From positions 1-64,000 of the forward strand of contig JAQBHB010000022.1 of assembly GCA_032128115.1 (NCBI GenBank): 64,000 bases of DNA, written 5' to 3'. The notes under the pieces are model-generated. The model was not told the DNA's origin and did no database searches. It saw only the letters and a list, made by a program, of their open reading frames with translations. This stretch comes from Deltaproteobacteria bacterium. GTDB lineage: Bacteria; Myxococcota_A; UBA9160; SMWR01. Positions 49,199 to 59,021 of the stretch are shown piece after piece. The translations under genes were made by a program, and so were the position numbers. The stretch's first letter is position 1. Each line of letters begins with the position of its first letter.

Positions 49199-49816
49199 AT
49201 GTTCACCGGCATCGTCGAGACACTGGGCACCGTGACTGCCATCGAGCCGCGCGAAGGCAGCATGGCCCTGGAGATCGAGGCGCCCGGGATCGCCGCCAGC
49301 GCTGGGGTCGGGGATTCGGTGGCGGTCAACGGGGGCTGCCTCACGGTGACCCAACGCTCCGGCAACCGTCTCCGCTTCGAGGCGGTGCGGGAGACCCTGG
49401 ATCGCACGGCGCTCGGCGGGCTGGACGTGGGCGCGCGGGTCAACCTGGAGCGCGCCCTGTGCGCGGGAGACCGGATGGACGGACATATCGTGCAGGGGCA
49501 TGTGGATGGTACGGGTCGCGTGGCCCGTTTCGACCGCGAAGGCGATGATGTGCGTCTGTTCATCGACTGCGACGCCGGGATCGCCGACTCGCTGGTGGAG
49601 AAGGGCTCGGTGACCATCGACGGCGTGTCGCTCACGGTGGTGGGCGTGCGCGACGAGGGCTTCGACGTGGCGCTGATTCCGCACACGCTGACGGTCACGA
49701 CCCTGGGCGAACGCGCCCCGGGCGACCGGGTCAATCTCGAGGTGGATGTCCTGGGGAAATATGTGAAGAGGTTTCTCGAGCGCATGGGCCGGGTCTCGGA
49801 GCCTCGTGAGAGCTAG
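49199..49816 (+). CDS. ribE: Riboflavin synthase (alpha chain)
   Basis: MFTGIVE, GDSVAVNG.CLTV, VNLERA, GHIVQGHVD, KGSVTIDGVSLT, VNLEVD. Confidence 0.96.
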   Translation: MFTGIVETLGTVTAIEPREGSMALEIEAPGIAASAGVGDSVAVNGGCLTVTQRSGNRLRFEAVRETLDRTALGGLDVGARVNLERALCAGDRMDGHIVQGHVDGTGRVARFDREGDDVRLFIDCDAGIADSLVEKGSVTIDGVSLTVVGVRDEGFDVALIPHTLTVTTLGERAPGDRVNLEVDVLGKYVKRFLERMGRVSEPRES

Positions 49817-52622
49817 GGCCCTCGCCGCCGCCGCCTTGCTCGGAGCCTTTACTTCGTCGGCCGCGGCCGATTCCGTCGTCTCGGGGGGCAACGGTGACTG
49901 GCAGGCCACCCTGGACCGGGTGGCCAAGGGCGTGGTGGTGCTCCGGGTGAGCGTTCCCCGCGCATTCGATACCGACTCGCCCGCATTCGAGACCGCCACC
50001 GGATTCGTGGTCGATGGGAAGCGCGGCATCATCGTCTCGAATCGCCACGTGGTGAAGCCGGGGCCCGCTGTGGCCGAGGCCGTGTTCCTCGACAACGAGG
50101 AGGTGCCGGTGGAGCCGATCTACCGGGATCCCGTCCACGACTTCGGCTTCTTTCGCTACGACCCGGCGGCCGTGAAGTTCATGGTGCCCGAGAGCCTGTT
50201 GCTGGCTCCGGAAAACGCGCGGGTGGGAACCGAGATCCGCGTCGTGGGCAACGATGCGGGTGAGAAGCTCTCGATCCTCGCGGGCACCCTGGCGCGCCTG
50301 GACCGGGACGCTCCGGACTACGGCCGCGGCCGCTACAACGACTTCAACACCTTCTACTTCCAGGCCGCCTCCAGCACCTCGGGGGGCTCTTCCGGCTCGC
50401 CGGTGGTGGACGTTTCGGGCCGTGCCGTGGCCCTGAATGCCGGCGGCAGCCTGCGGGCATCGTCGAGTTACTACCTGCCCCTGGACCGGGTGGTGCGGGC
50501 CCTTGCTCTCGTGAGGAAGGGCGAGCCCATCACCCGGGGAACCCTGCAGGCGGTGTTCCGCTATCGGCCCTACGACGAGCTGCGCCGCCTGGGCCTGCGC
50601 CAGGAGACCGAGGAGCGCGTGCGCCGCGGGTTCAGCGACGCCACGGGCATGTTGGTGGTGGAGGAGATCGTGCCCGGCGGCCCCGCCGCCGGCGCCCTGC
50701 GCGTTGGCGACGTGCTGGTGCGGGTGAACGGCCGGATGCTCACTTCGTTCCTGCCGCTGGAGGACGCGCTCGACGCCAGCGTGGGCGGGACGGTTCGCCT
50801 GGAGGTGGAGCGCGGCGGCGTGCCCCACGAGATCGAGATGACGGTCCAGGATCTGTTCGAGATCACGCCGGACGAGTACATGGAGGTGGGCGGCGCCGTG
50901 GTCCATCTGCTCTCGTATCAGCAGGCGCGCAACTTCTCGGTACCCGCGGCGGGTCTCTACCTGGCTTCCGATGGCTACATGTTTTCGCGGGCCGACGTGC
51001 CGCGCGGTGCCGTGCTGACCGCGGTGGGCGGCGTGCCGGTGGAGACCCTGGACGATCTGGAGGCCGCGCTCAGCTCGCTGCCCGACGGCGAGCGGGTGCC
51101 CGTGCGCTATTTCCAGATCAGTCGGCCCCACAGCGAATCGGTGGGGGTGATCCGCGTGGACCGGCGTTGGTACCCGATGCGTCGTTGCGCGCGCGACGCC
51201 AGCAGCGGGCGCTGGCCCTGTACGGATCTGGCCGCGCCAGGAAGCGCCGCGCTCGCGAATCCGGCTACGGCCTCGTTTCCGGAGGACGCAGCGTGGCCCG
51301 CGCGCCGTCTGGCGCGCTCCCTCGTGATGGTCGATTTCGACATCCCGTTTCGCGCCGATGGCGTCCACGGCGATCACTTCCGGGGCACCGGACTCGTGGT
51401 GGATGCGGAGAAGGGCCTGGTGGTGGTGGACCGCGAGACGGTTCCCATTTCGCTGGGCGATGTCTACGTCACCTTCGGCGCCTCGGTACAGGTTCCGGGC
51501 GAGGTGGTCTTCGTGCACCCCTCCCACAACTTCTCCGTGGTCTCCTACGATCCCGCGCTGGTGGGCGACACCCCAGTGCGTGCGGCGAAGCTCCGGCGCA
51601 AGGGGCCCGAACCCGGCGATGCGGTCTGGCTGGTGGGGCTTTCCGAGCGCGACCAGTTGGTGACCCGCAAGACCCGCGTGTCCCGGGTGGAGCCGCCGGT
51701 ACTGGCGCTCACGGATCCACCGCGTTTCCGGGAGTCGAACCTGGACCTTGTGGCGGTAGCGGACACGACGCCCACGGTGGGGGGCGTGCTGTCGGATCGC
51801 TGGGGCCGCGTCTATGCCCTGTGGGCCGCCTTCACCGTGCAGGAGGGCACGACCACGGCGGCCTTCTGGGGCGGCATTCCCGCCGGCCGCGTCCTGGATG
51901 TGGTGACGCCTCTGCGCGAGGGTCGGCCCGTGAACTGGCGAAGTCTGGGAGTCGAACTCAGCGGTCTGACCCTGGCCGACGCCCGCAGTCGCGGGCTCGA
52001 CAGGGAGGCCGCAAATGCTCTGGAATCGCGAAACGGCGTCGGACGCGATGTGCTCTCGGTGCTGCGCAGCACGGCGGGAACCCCGGCGGCGGAGCTCTTC
52101 GAGGAGGGCGACCTGCTGCTCTCTGTGGCGGGCGAGCCGGCCGGCTCGCTCGCCCGGGTGGAGCGGGCGTCTCAGGCCGAGACGGTCGGCGTGTCCGTGC
52201 TTCGCGACGGCGAGCAGGTCGATCTCGAGATTCCCACGGCGTCGCTCGATGGGAGTGGAACCGATCGCGTGGTGATCTGGGCCGGCGCCCTGCTCCAGGC
52301 CCCGCACCTGGCGGTGGCAGCCCAACGCGGCATCGCGTCGGGTGAGGGCGTGTACGTGTCGTGGTTCTGGTACGGATCGCCGGCGAACCGCTATGGCGTG
52401 CGGGCCACGCGGCGCATCGTCGACGTGGACGGCGTGCCCACCCCGGATCTGGATGCCTTCCTGGCGGCGGTGGCCGATCGCCCGGACCGGGGGCCGGTGC
52501 GTCTGCGAACGTGGCACCTGGACGGGAAGGAAGAGGTCATCACCCTCAAGCTCGACCTGCAGTTCTGGCCGACGGTCGAGCTGCGGCGAACCGCCGGGGG
52601 CTGGGAGCGCATCGCGCACTGA
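49806..52622 (+). CDS. Nma111/Deg7-like HtrA-family serine protease (two trypsin-like domains plus multiple PDZ domains), with signal peptide
   Basis: ATGFVVD, NRHVV, YRDPVHDFGF, GNDAGEKLSIL, YNDFNT, GGSSGSPV; second protease domain degenerate (DRETV, SHNFS). Confidence 0.9.
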   Translation: MRARALAAAALLGAFTSSAAADSVVSGGNGDWQATLDRVAKGVVVLRVSVPRAFDTDSPAFETATGFVVDGKRGIIVSNRHVVKPGPAVAEAVFLDNEEVPVEPIYRDPVHDFGFFRYDPAAVKFMVPESLLLAPENARVGTEIRVVGNDAGEKLSILAGTLARLDRDAPDYGRGRYNDFNTFYFQAASSTSGGSSGSPVVDVSGRAVALNAGGSLRASSSYYLPLDRVVRALALVRKGEPITRGTLQAVFRYRPYDELRRLGLRQETEERVRRGFSDATGMLVVEEIVPGGPAAGALRVGDVLVRVNGRMLTSFLPLEDALDASVGGTVRLEVERGGVPHEIEMTVQDLFEITPDEYMEVGGAVVHLLSYQQARNFSVPAAGLYLASDGYMFSRADVPRGAVLTAVGGVPVETLDDLEAALSSLPDGERVPVRYFQISRPHSESVGVIRVDRRWYPMRRCARDASSGRWPCTDLAAPGSAALANPATASFPEDAAWPARRLARSLVMVDFDIPFRADGVHGDHFRGTGLVVDAEKGLVVVDRETVPISLGDVYVTFGASVQVPGEVVFVHPSHNFSVVSYDPALVGDTPVRAAKLRRKGPEPGDAVWLVGLSERDQLVTRKTRVSRVEPPVLALTDPPRFRESNLDLVAVADTTPTVGGVLSDRWGRVYALWAAFTVQEGTTTAAFWGGIPAGRVLDVVTPLREGRPVNWRSLGVELSGLTLADARSRGLDREAANALESRNGVGRDVLSVLRSTAGTPAAELFEEGDLLLSVAGEPAGSLARVERASQAETVGVSVLRDGEQVDLEIPTASLDGSGTDRVVIWAGALLQAPHLAVAAQRGIASGEGVYVSWFWYGSPANRYGVRATRRIVDVDGVPTPDLDAFLAAVADRPDRGPVRLRTWHLDGKEEVITLKLDLQFWPTVELRRTAGGWERIAH

Positions 52623-55600
52623 TCAGCCGGCTTTCCGGTCCCTCTCGAAGTCCGCGAGTGCACGTTCCGCCTCGGGGCGCACGGCGTTCCAGCGGCGGGC
52701 GCGCAGGGCTTCGTAGCCCCGGATCGATTGCGTGCGTGACGCGATGTCCTCGGCCCGATCGCGATTCTGCGGCGTCAGGCCCGTGGCCAGTCTGCCCAGC
52801 AGGTCCTGGTACCAGGCGCGGATCTCGCGATCGACACGCCGGGACGGCAGCCAGGCGAAGGGGTCGAGCCACGTGCCACGGAGCCTGCGCCAGCCCACCA
52901 GCGCGTGCAGCAGCGGCTCGGCCCAGCGTCCCAGCGTGATCTTGCGGCGCAGGCCCAGGCTGCGCAGCAGGGGAGGCTGAAGGTGGTAGCGCAGGGCCGC
53001 GCGGCCAGCGTGGCGTCGCACGAGCCAGCGTCGGAAGGGTCCCCGCAGCAGCAGACGCGCCACTTCGTACTCGTCCTTGCACGCCATCACCCGGTAGAGT
53101 TCGCGGGCAGCGGTTTCCGTGAGGGAGCCGACCGCCGGCGCGCAGCCCACCTCGGCCTCGACCAGGGGGGCGAGCACCGTGAGGTAGCGCGCAGCAAAGG
53201 CAGCGTCCTGGTAGTCGCGCAGGTCGATGGCCCAACCGGCAATCCGGCGCCGTGTCCGTTCGCGGACGTCCCGCGAGGTCAGGTGCGAGAGCGCCGTGTC
53301 CACGCGCTCCCAGACGGCGCCCAGGGCGCGCACCTGTTCCGGATCGACGTCGTCTCCCGCGGCGGGTGGACTCGCGTCGACCAGCAGGCGAGCCTCCAGG
53401 GCCGGGTCGTCGGCCACTGCGCGGCCCAGGTGCAGGGCGCGCAGGTTGGCTGCGACGGACACGCCGTTGTCCCGGATCGCCTGTTCGAGGGAGCCCCGCG
53501 ACACCGGCAGGAAACCCCACTGCAGCGCGGCCCCCAGCAACACCACGTTGGCGGGTCGCGCGTCGCCGAGTACGGCCTCGGCCAGGGCCTCGGCCTTCAG
53601 GGCGTCCAGCGAGCGCGTGTCTTCGCGCAGGGGCGTGAGCAGTGCGTCTGGATCCGGCGGCGCGAAGCCCGGGTCCATCACTTGGGATCCCGTCGGGGCG
53701 TGCAGGGCGTGCGCCACGGCGCGGGTGCGCGCCGGGTCCAGGGCGGTGCGGGCCATGCGGTCGGCGGCGCCCAACGGGTCGAACGCAAGCAACAGGTCGG
53801 CGCGCCCCCATCCCACCCGGGGACTCCCGGTGCGCGCGTCACGGGTCACGATGCAGTGCGATACGACCTTGCCGCCGCGCTGGGCGAGCCCCGTCTGGTC
53901 CAGGTGGCGCGCGTACAGTCCGTCGATCTCGGCCGCGCGCACCAACAGCGCGTCCACCGTCACCACGCCTGTGCTGCCGATGCCCACCAGGAAGATCTCG
54001 TATCGATCGCACCAGTCGACAATGGCGGGTTCGGGCAGCGTCCGCTCGAGCTCGGCGATCCGAATCGGCTCGGGCTCGGGGCCCTCGAGGCTCACGAAGG
54101 CGGGGCAGTCGCCGTCCAGGCAGGTGCGGTCGTCGCTGCACGAGCTGCGGTGGATGCGCGTCTTGCGTCCCAGCGATGTCGCCACAGGGCGCAGCGACGC
54201 GCACGATGAGCGCACGCCGCAGTCGCCGCAGCCCTCGCACACGTCCTCGTTGATCCACAGCTGCGAGTCGCGCGCCGCCACCAGACCCTGGCGCTCCAGG
54301 CGCTGCTCCGCGAGGGCGCACATCTCGTCGTAGACGAGCGCCGTCACGCCCGGGTGATTGCGGATGTCGCGCATGGCGGCGTCCCACTGGGAGCGTGCAA
54401 TGCACGAGACGCGGTCGTCGCCCGCGGCCAGCGCCCGCAGTTCCGGGTCGTCACTCATGGCCACCACTTTGCACGTGCCGTCGGAAAGCAGGTCCCGGAC
54501 CAGGGCCGCCACGGGCTTGGCGCCGTGGGGGTCCTGGCCGCCGGTCATGGCGACTACCTGGTTGTAGAGCAGCTTGAACGTGATGGAGACGCCTGCCGCG
54601 GCGCATGCGCGCACGGCCAGGCGCCCGGAGTGGAAGTAGGTGCCGTCTCCCAGGTTCTGGAACAGGTGCTTCGTATCCGTGTAGTGCTCGAGGCCGATCC
54701 AGTGGGCGCCCTCGGAGCCCATGGCACCCACATACGAAACGCCCCGATCCATCAGCAGGGCCATGGTGTGGCACCCGATGCCGCCGCCCACGGCCGAGCC
54801 CTCGGGCACCTGTGTGGAGCGGGTGTGGGGGCAGCCGCTGCAGAAGTGGGGCTCACGCGTGGGGGCCGGTGCTTCCCGCGATCGTTCGAGTGCGGCGCGC
54901 ACCGGGTCGGCGCGCCGCGAGAGTTCGGGCTGCCCCAGGCGCGCGGCCAGATGTTCCGACAGGTCCAGCGCCAGGCTGGCTGCGGTGATCTCGCTGCGGC
55001 GGGCGAGCCAGGGCTCGCCCTCGGGGTTGCGCTGCCCCACGATCAACGGGCGGTCCACCTCGTTGTAGAGCGCCGACCGGATCTGCTCCTCCACGAAGCC
55101 GCGACGTGTGTCGATCACGACCATCTCGTCGAGACCCTGGGCGAACTCGCACAGGCGTCTCGGCTCGATGGGATGCACGAGATCCAGCTTCATGAGTCGC
55201 AGACCCAGGCGTGACAGCTCGTCCGGCGTGAGATGCATCAGGTCGAGGGCGCCTTCCAGCTCCCGGTAGAGCGCGCCCGCCGCCACCAGCCCGATCGAGT
55301 CGTGGGCATGTCGGGCCCGGATCGGGTTCAGGCCGTTGGCGTACGCGTAGCGTCGCACGGCTTCCAGTCTCGCGAACACCAGATCTCGCTCGATCGACAG
55401 CACCCGGGGCGGCAGCAGCCCCGTATCGAAGTGTGCCTCGAAGCGACGCCCCATCACCTCGAACTTGGGGCGCACCACATCGAGGGGGTCGTCGTTCACG
55501 TCGAATACGTGGCCGGCGTCGGCCACGTCGGCCACCATCTGCAGGCCTGCCCAGGTTCCCGCGTAGCGCGAGAGTTCGATCGCGTGACGCCCGAGCCACA

Positions 55601-56147
55601 GCACGTCGGCGGCGTCGGCCGGCGCAAGCAGGGGCACATACGCGTGGGCAAAGGCCTGCTCGCTGCTGCTGGGAAGCGAAGAGCTCTTGCAGAAGGGGTC
55701 GTCGCCCACCAGGGCGATCGCCCCTCCGAAGGGGGCCGTACCCATGAAGTTCGAGTGGCGCAGGGCATCCAGGGCCCGATCGAGCCCCGGCGCCTTGCCG
55801 AACCAGAAACCCACCACCCCGTCCCATTCACCGTGGGGAAAGTTCTGGAGCAGCTGAGTTCCCGAAATCGCGCTGGCGGCCAGCTCTTCGTTGAGACCCG
55901 GGGTGAAGCGCACGCCCTCGGGTTCGAGCAGTCGGGCCAGGCTCGAAAGGCGTGCGTCCAGACCGGCCAGGGGCGAGCCCGGGTAGCCGGAGAAGAGGGC
56001 GCCCACGCGGCGGCCCGCCCGGCGGTCGCGGCGGATCTGGTCCAGGGCCAGGCGGATGATCGCCTGGAGTCCAGTGAGGTGGATCCGCCCGCCGGGGCGC
56101 GTGTAGCGCTCCCAGAGCGGGTTGCCGGGGGGCACCTTCGCACTCAT
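52623..56147 (-). CDS. Fused indolepyruvate:ferredoxin oxidoreductase family protein
   Basis: SGYPGSPL, GLNEELA, FCSGCPH, GIGCH, GDGTYFHSG, AMTGGQ, CEGCGDC, CLDGDCP, GLAQRGG, KDEYEVAR. Confidence 0.93.
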   Translation of the reverse strand: MSAKVPPGNPLWERYTRPGGRIHLTGLQAIIRLALDQIRRDRRAGRRVGALFSGYPGSPLAGLDARLSSLARLLEPEGVRFTPGLNEELAASAISGTQLLQNFPHGEWDGVVGFWFGKAPGLDRALDALRHSNFMGTAPFGGAIALVGDDPFCKSSSLPSSSEQAFAHAYVPLLAPADAADVLWLGRHAIELSRYAGTWAGLQMVADVADAGHVFDVNDDPLDVVRPKFEVMGRRFEAHFDTGLLPPRVLSIERDLVFARLEAVRRYAYANGLNPIRARHAHDSIGLVAAGALYRELEGALDLMHLTPDELSRLGLRLMKLDLVHPIEPRRLCEFAQGLDEMVVIDTRRGFVEEQIRSALYNEVDRPLIVGQRNPEGEPWLARRSEITAASLALDLSEHLAARLGQPELSRRADPVRAALERSREAPAPTREPHFCSGCPHTRSTQVPEGSAVGGGIGCHTMALLMDRGVSYVGAMGSEGAHWIGLEHYTDTKHLFQNLGDGTYFHSGRLAVRACAAAGVSITFKLLYNQVVAMTGGQDPHGAKPVAALVRDLLSDGTCKVVAMSDDPELRALAAGDDRVSCIARSQWDAAMRDIRNHPGVTALVYDEMCALAEQRLERQGLVAARDSQLWINEDVCEGCGDCGVRSSCASLRPVATSLGRKTRIHRSSCSDDRTCLDGDCPAFVSLEGPEPEPIRIAELERTLPEPAIVDWCDRYEIFLVGIGSTGVVTVDALLVRAAEIDGLYARHLDQTGLAQRGGKVVSHCIVTRDARTGSPRVGWGRADLLLAFDPLGAADRMARTALDPARTRAVAHALHAPTGSQVMDPGFAPPDPDALLTPLREDTRSLDALKAEALAEAVLGDARPANVVLLGAALQWGFLPVSRGSLEQAIRDNGVSVAANLRALHLGRAVADDPALEARLLVDASPPAAGDDVDPEQVRALGAVWERVDTALSHLTSRDVRERTRRRIAGWAIDLRDYQDAAFAARYLTVLAPLVEAEVGCAPAVGSLTETAARELYRVMACKDEYEVARLLLRGPFRRWLVRRHAGRAALRYHLQPPLLRSLGLRRKITLGRWAEPLLHALVGWRRLRGTWLDPFAWLPSRRVDREIRAWYQDLLGRLATGLTPQNRDRAEDIASRTQSIRGYEALRARRWNAVRPEAERALADFERDRKAG

Positions 56148-56291
56148 TGCAGCCCCATCGGTCGCCCCGGCCCCTGTCGTGAGTCACAGACGCCCCTGGG
56201 GGACGCGAATTCGAGGCGTTTCGATCGATTCCGGGGATTTCCCTGCGTGCTGCTAGACTGGCGCCGCCGCAGCATCGGCGGGCTTCCCGCC

Positions 56292-56347
56292 AAGCCACCG
56301 GAAGCCACCGGAAGGCCGAAGGAATCGGAGTCGGGCCGAAGGAATCG
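56292..56347 (+). repeat. Short direct repeats upstream of the GST-N gene
   Basis: aagccaccgg x2 (10-bp period), then ggccgaaggaatcg x2 (20-bp period). Confidence 0.7.
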
Positions 56348-56358
56348 AGAGGGACTCC

Positions 56359-57063
56359 ATGATCCGCGCTCTGGACATCGCAACCTCCGTTGGCGCCACG
56401 CTGGCCCGGCTCGGGATGGGCCGCGCGGTGGGGCCCCTGGGTCCGCGCCCCGAGCAGCCCCTGGATCTCTACGACTTCGAGGGTTGCCCCTATTGCCGGA
56501 AGGCCCGCGAGGCCCTGAGCATTCTCGATCTGGAGGTGCGGGTGTTTCCATGCCCCAAGGGGGGATCGCTCTATCGCGACCAGATCCGGGCGCGAGGTGG
56601 CCGGGCCATGTTCCCCTACCTGGTGGACCCCAACACGGGCAAGGAGATGTACGAGTCCGACGACATCGTCAGCTACCTGTTCCGCGAGTACGGGGCGGGT
56701 ACGGTTCCCTTTCTGCTGCGGCCGGGAGCGTTGACGCTCGGCACCTCGGCCCTGGCCTGCGCGTGGCGCCCCGGGCTCGGGATTCGCTACCGCCCGGCGC
56801 GCGCGCCCGAGCAGATGCTCGAGCTCTACAGCTTCGAGGCGTCGCCGTTCTGCCGGATCGTGCGCGAGTGCCTGTCGAGCCTGGAGATCCCGTACCTCCT
56901 CCACAACGTGGCGAGCGGGAGTCCGGGCCGCGATGCCTTCGTGACGCGCTCCGGCAAGTCGATGGTTCCGTACCTGGTGGATCCGAACACCGGGACTGAA
57001 ATGTTCGAGTCGGCGGACATCGTGCGCTACCTGGAGCGCAGCTACGTCGACGCGCGCGACTGA
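56359..57063 (+). CDS. Tandem glutaredoxin/GST N-terminal domain protein
   Basis: LYDFEGCPYCRKARE...PYLVDPNTG.EMYESDDI, repeated as LYSFEASPFCRIVRE...PYLVDPNTG.EMFESADI. Confidence 0.9.
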   Translation: MIRALDIATSVGATLARLGMGRAVGPLGPRPEQPLDLYDFEGCPYCRKAREALSILDLEVRVFPCPKGGSLYRDQIRARGGRAMFPYLVDPNTGKEMYESDDIVSYLFREYGAGTVPFLLRPGALTLGTSALACAWRPGLGIRYRPARAPEQMLELYSFEASPFCRIVRECLSSLEIPYLLHNVASGSPGRDAFVTRSGKSMVPYLVDPNTGTEMFESADIVRYLERSYVDARD

Positions 57064-57082
57064 CGCGCGGCTTCGGGCGGCT

Positions 57083-57207
57083 CTACTCCAGGACGGCGAT
57101 CACGTCGTCCTCGCGGATGATCAGGTGCTCTTTCCCGTCGATCAGGTGCTCTTTCCCGTCGATCAGGTGCTCTTTCCCGTCGATCTGGACTTCGGTACCC
57201 GCATATC
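57083..57207 (-). pseudogene. groES: 5'-truncated groES (co-chaperonin) remnant
   Basis: YAGTEVQIDGKEHL(IDGKEHL)2IIREDDVIAVLE* matches the GroES C-terminus; no N-terminal GroES sequence and no groEL nearby. Confidence 0.85.
57119..57185 (+). repeat. Perfect 21-bp tandem repeat x3
   Basis: gatcaggtgctctttcccgtc three times, then a partial gatc. Confidence 0.95.
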
Positions 57208-57210
57208 GCA

Positions 57211-58026
57211 ATGATCCTCGTCCACCCGGATCAGGCCCGCATCTACACCCAGAGCGACATGGACGCGGTGGAGACCCACGAAGTGGCGGGGGGGCTGGCG
57301 GCGGTCTTCTCCGTGTCCTGCCCGGGGCGTGATCGCCCCAACGAGGACGCAGCCGCACTGATTCCGTTCGCCTTCGGAGCCGGGGTGCTGGTGGTGGCCG
57401 ACGGCCTGGGAGGCGTTCGCGATGGCGAGCAGGCCTCGAGTCTGGCGGTTCGGAGCCTGGATAAGGCGTTGGCGTCGGCGGCCCGGGACGGCATTCCCAT
57501 GCGGACGGCGATCCTCGACGCCATCGAGAGCGCCAACCGGTCCGTCGCGGAGCTGGGGGCGGCCACGACGCTGGCGGTGGTGGAGATCCAGGATGGCTCG
57601 ATCCGGCCCTACCACGTGGGCGACTCCATGGTCCTGGTGATGGGGCAACGCGGCAAGCTGAAGCTGCAGACGGTCTCCCACTCTCCGGTGGGATTCGCGG
57701 TGGAGGCGGGTGTTCTCGACGAGACCGAAGCCATGCACCACGAAGACCGTCACCTGGTGTCGAACGTACTTGGCGCGGCGGACATGCGCATCGAGGTGGG
57801 CGCCCCGCTGGCCCTCGCCGGCCGCGACACGCTGCTGCTCAGCAGCGACGGGCTGCTGGACAACCTGCACATCGCCGAGGTGGTGGATCGCGTGCGCAAG
57901 GGGCCGCTCGCGACGGGGATGCGTCAGCTGGCCGACCTCTCCCTGCAGCGCATGACCCACCCCACCGCCGGCGAGCCCTCGAAGCCCGACGACCTCACGT
58001 TCGTCGCCTTTCGCCTCTCGGCCTAG
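57211..58026 (+). CDS. PP2C/PPM-family protein phosphatase
   Basis: RPNEDA, VVADGLGG, ATTL, HVGDS, LLLSSDGLLD, DDLT. Confidence 0.9.
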   Translation: MILVHPDQARIYTQSDMDAVETHEVAGGLAAVFSVSCPGRDRPNEDAAALIPFAFGAGVLVVADGLGGVRDGEQASSLAVRSLDKALASAARDGIPMRTAILDAIESANRSVAELGAATTLAVVEIQDGSIRPYHVGDSMVLVMGQRGKLKLQTVSHSPVGFAVEAGVLDETEAMHHEDRHLVSNVLGAADMRIEVGAPLALAGRDTLLLSSDGLLDNLHIAEVVDRVRKGPLATGMRQLADLSLQRMTHPTAGEPSKPDDLTFVAFRLSA

Positions 58027-58985
58027 AGCAGCGCGCCGAGCCTCTCGATGGTGCGCCGGGCCTCGTCGACCACGCTGGTGACGATCTCGGCACAAGAGGC
58101 GATGCCGAGGATGGACCCGGCCCCCTGTCCGCACGGCATGCAGGCGCGGTCCGTGTCGATGTGACTGATGTCGCTGGCGGTGAGCGCCAGCACGCCCAAC
58201 GCGGCAGACGCTGCCATCTGCTGCGGAAAGGGCGCCACCTCTTCGGAGCGCTGATCCCAGTCCTCCACGTACCGGTTGCGGATCACGCGCATGGGTTTGC
58301 CCGAATAGCAGCGGGTGATCGACGTCTCCGGCGCCCCGATCTCCGTGATGCGTTTCTTGTAGCCCTCGGCCGCGCGCGCCTCGTGCGAGGCGATGAAGCG
58401 CGTGCCCATCCACACGCCCTGGGCGCCGAACGCCAACGCTGCCGCCAGCCCGCGGCCGTCCACCAGTCCGCCGGCAGCGAGCACGGGAATATCGACTGCG
58501 TCCACCACCTGGGGGATCAGGGCGATGCCGCCGATCGATCCGGTGTGGCCGCCCGCCTCGGTGCCCTGGGCCACCACCACGTCGCAGCCCGCCTGCTCCG
58601 CGCGCACCGCGTGCGAGACCTTGCCGCACAGGCTCATCACCTTGACGCCGGCTCGGTGGCAGCGGTCTACCACGGCCTCGGGCACGCCCAGACCGGCGAT
58701 GAAGGCGTTGGCCCCCTCGTCGATGATCACGTCGATGGCCGCCAGCATCTGGTCGGGGAGTGCGGCCAGCAGGTCGACGCCGAAGGGTTTGTCCGTGTGC
58801 TTGCGCACCTGGCGCATCTGGTCGCGAATGCCCTCGGGGCCAACCCCCGCCATCCCGAGCGTTCCGAAGCCGCCGGCCTCCGAGACGGCAGTGCACACCT
58901 CGGCGTACGCGACTCCGCCCATGCCCGCAAGGAACACGGGCACCTCGATGCCGAACATCTCACAGATGGGTGTGCGTAAAGTCAT
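58023..58985 (-). CDS. Nitronate monooxygenase / FabK-like flavoprotein
   Basis: FLAGMGG, VSEAGGFG, PFGVD, QGTEAGGH, AAGGLVDGRG, GVWMGTRF, GQGAG. Confidence 0.9.
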   Translation of the reverse strand: MTLRTPICEMFGIEVPVFLAGMGGVAYAEVCTAVSEAGGFGTLGMAGVGPEGIRDQMRQVRKHTDKPFGVDLLAALPDQMLAAIDVIIDEGANAFIAGLGVPEAVVDRCHRAGVKVMSLCGKVSHAVRAEQAGCDVVVAQGTEAGGHTGSIGGIALIPQVVDAVDIPVLAAGGLVDGRGLAAALAFGAQGVWMGTRFIASHEARAAEGYKKRITEIGAPETSITRCYSGKPMRVIRNRYVEDWDQRSEEVAPFPQQMAASAALGVLALTASDISHIDTDRACMPCGQGAGSILGIASCAEIVTSVVDEARRTIERLGALL

Positions 58986-59021
58986 GCGTCCTCCGCCCTC
59001 TGATGACCCGGAATGGAAATA

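Noticed and set aside
39560..49785. Long alternative-frame and antisense ORFs (e.g. 39560-42859, 46111-49785; also 23629-26265, 60509-63091)
   Set aside because: Arg/Gly/Pro-rich shadow ORFs overlapping well-supported genes, as expected in high-GC DNA.
52620..52625. Abutting convergent stop codons (TGATCA) as a special element
   Set aside because: Tight convergent packing is common in this window (also 39143-39165 and 58023-58026) and needs no further explanation.
57119..57185. CRISPR array
   Set aside because: The repeats are contiguous with no spacers, encode GroES residues, and have no cas genes nearby.
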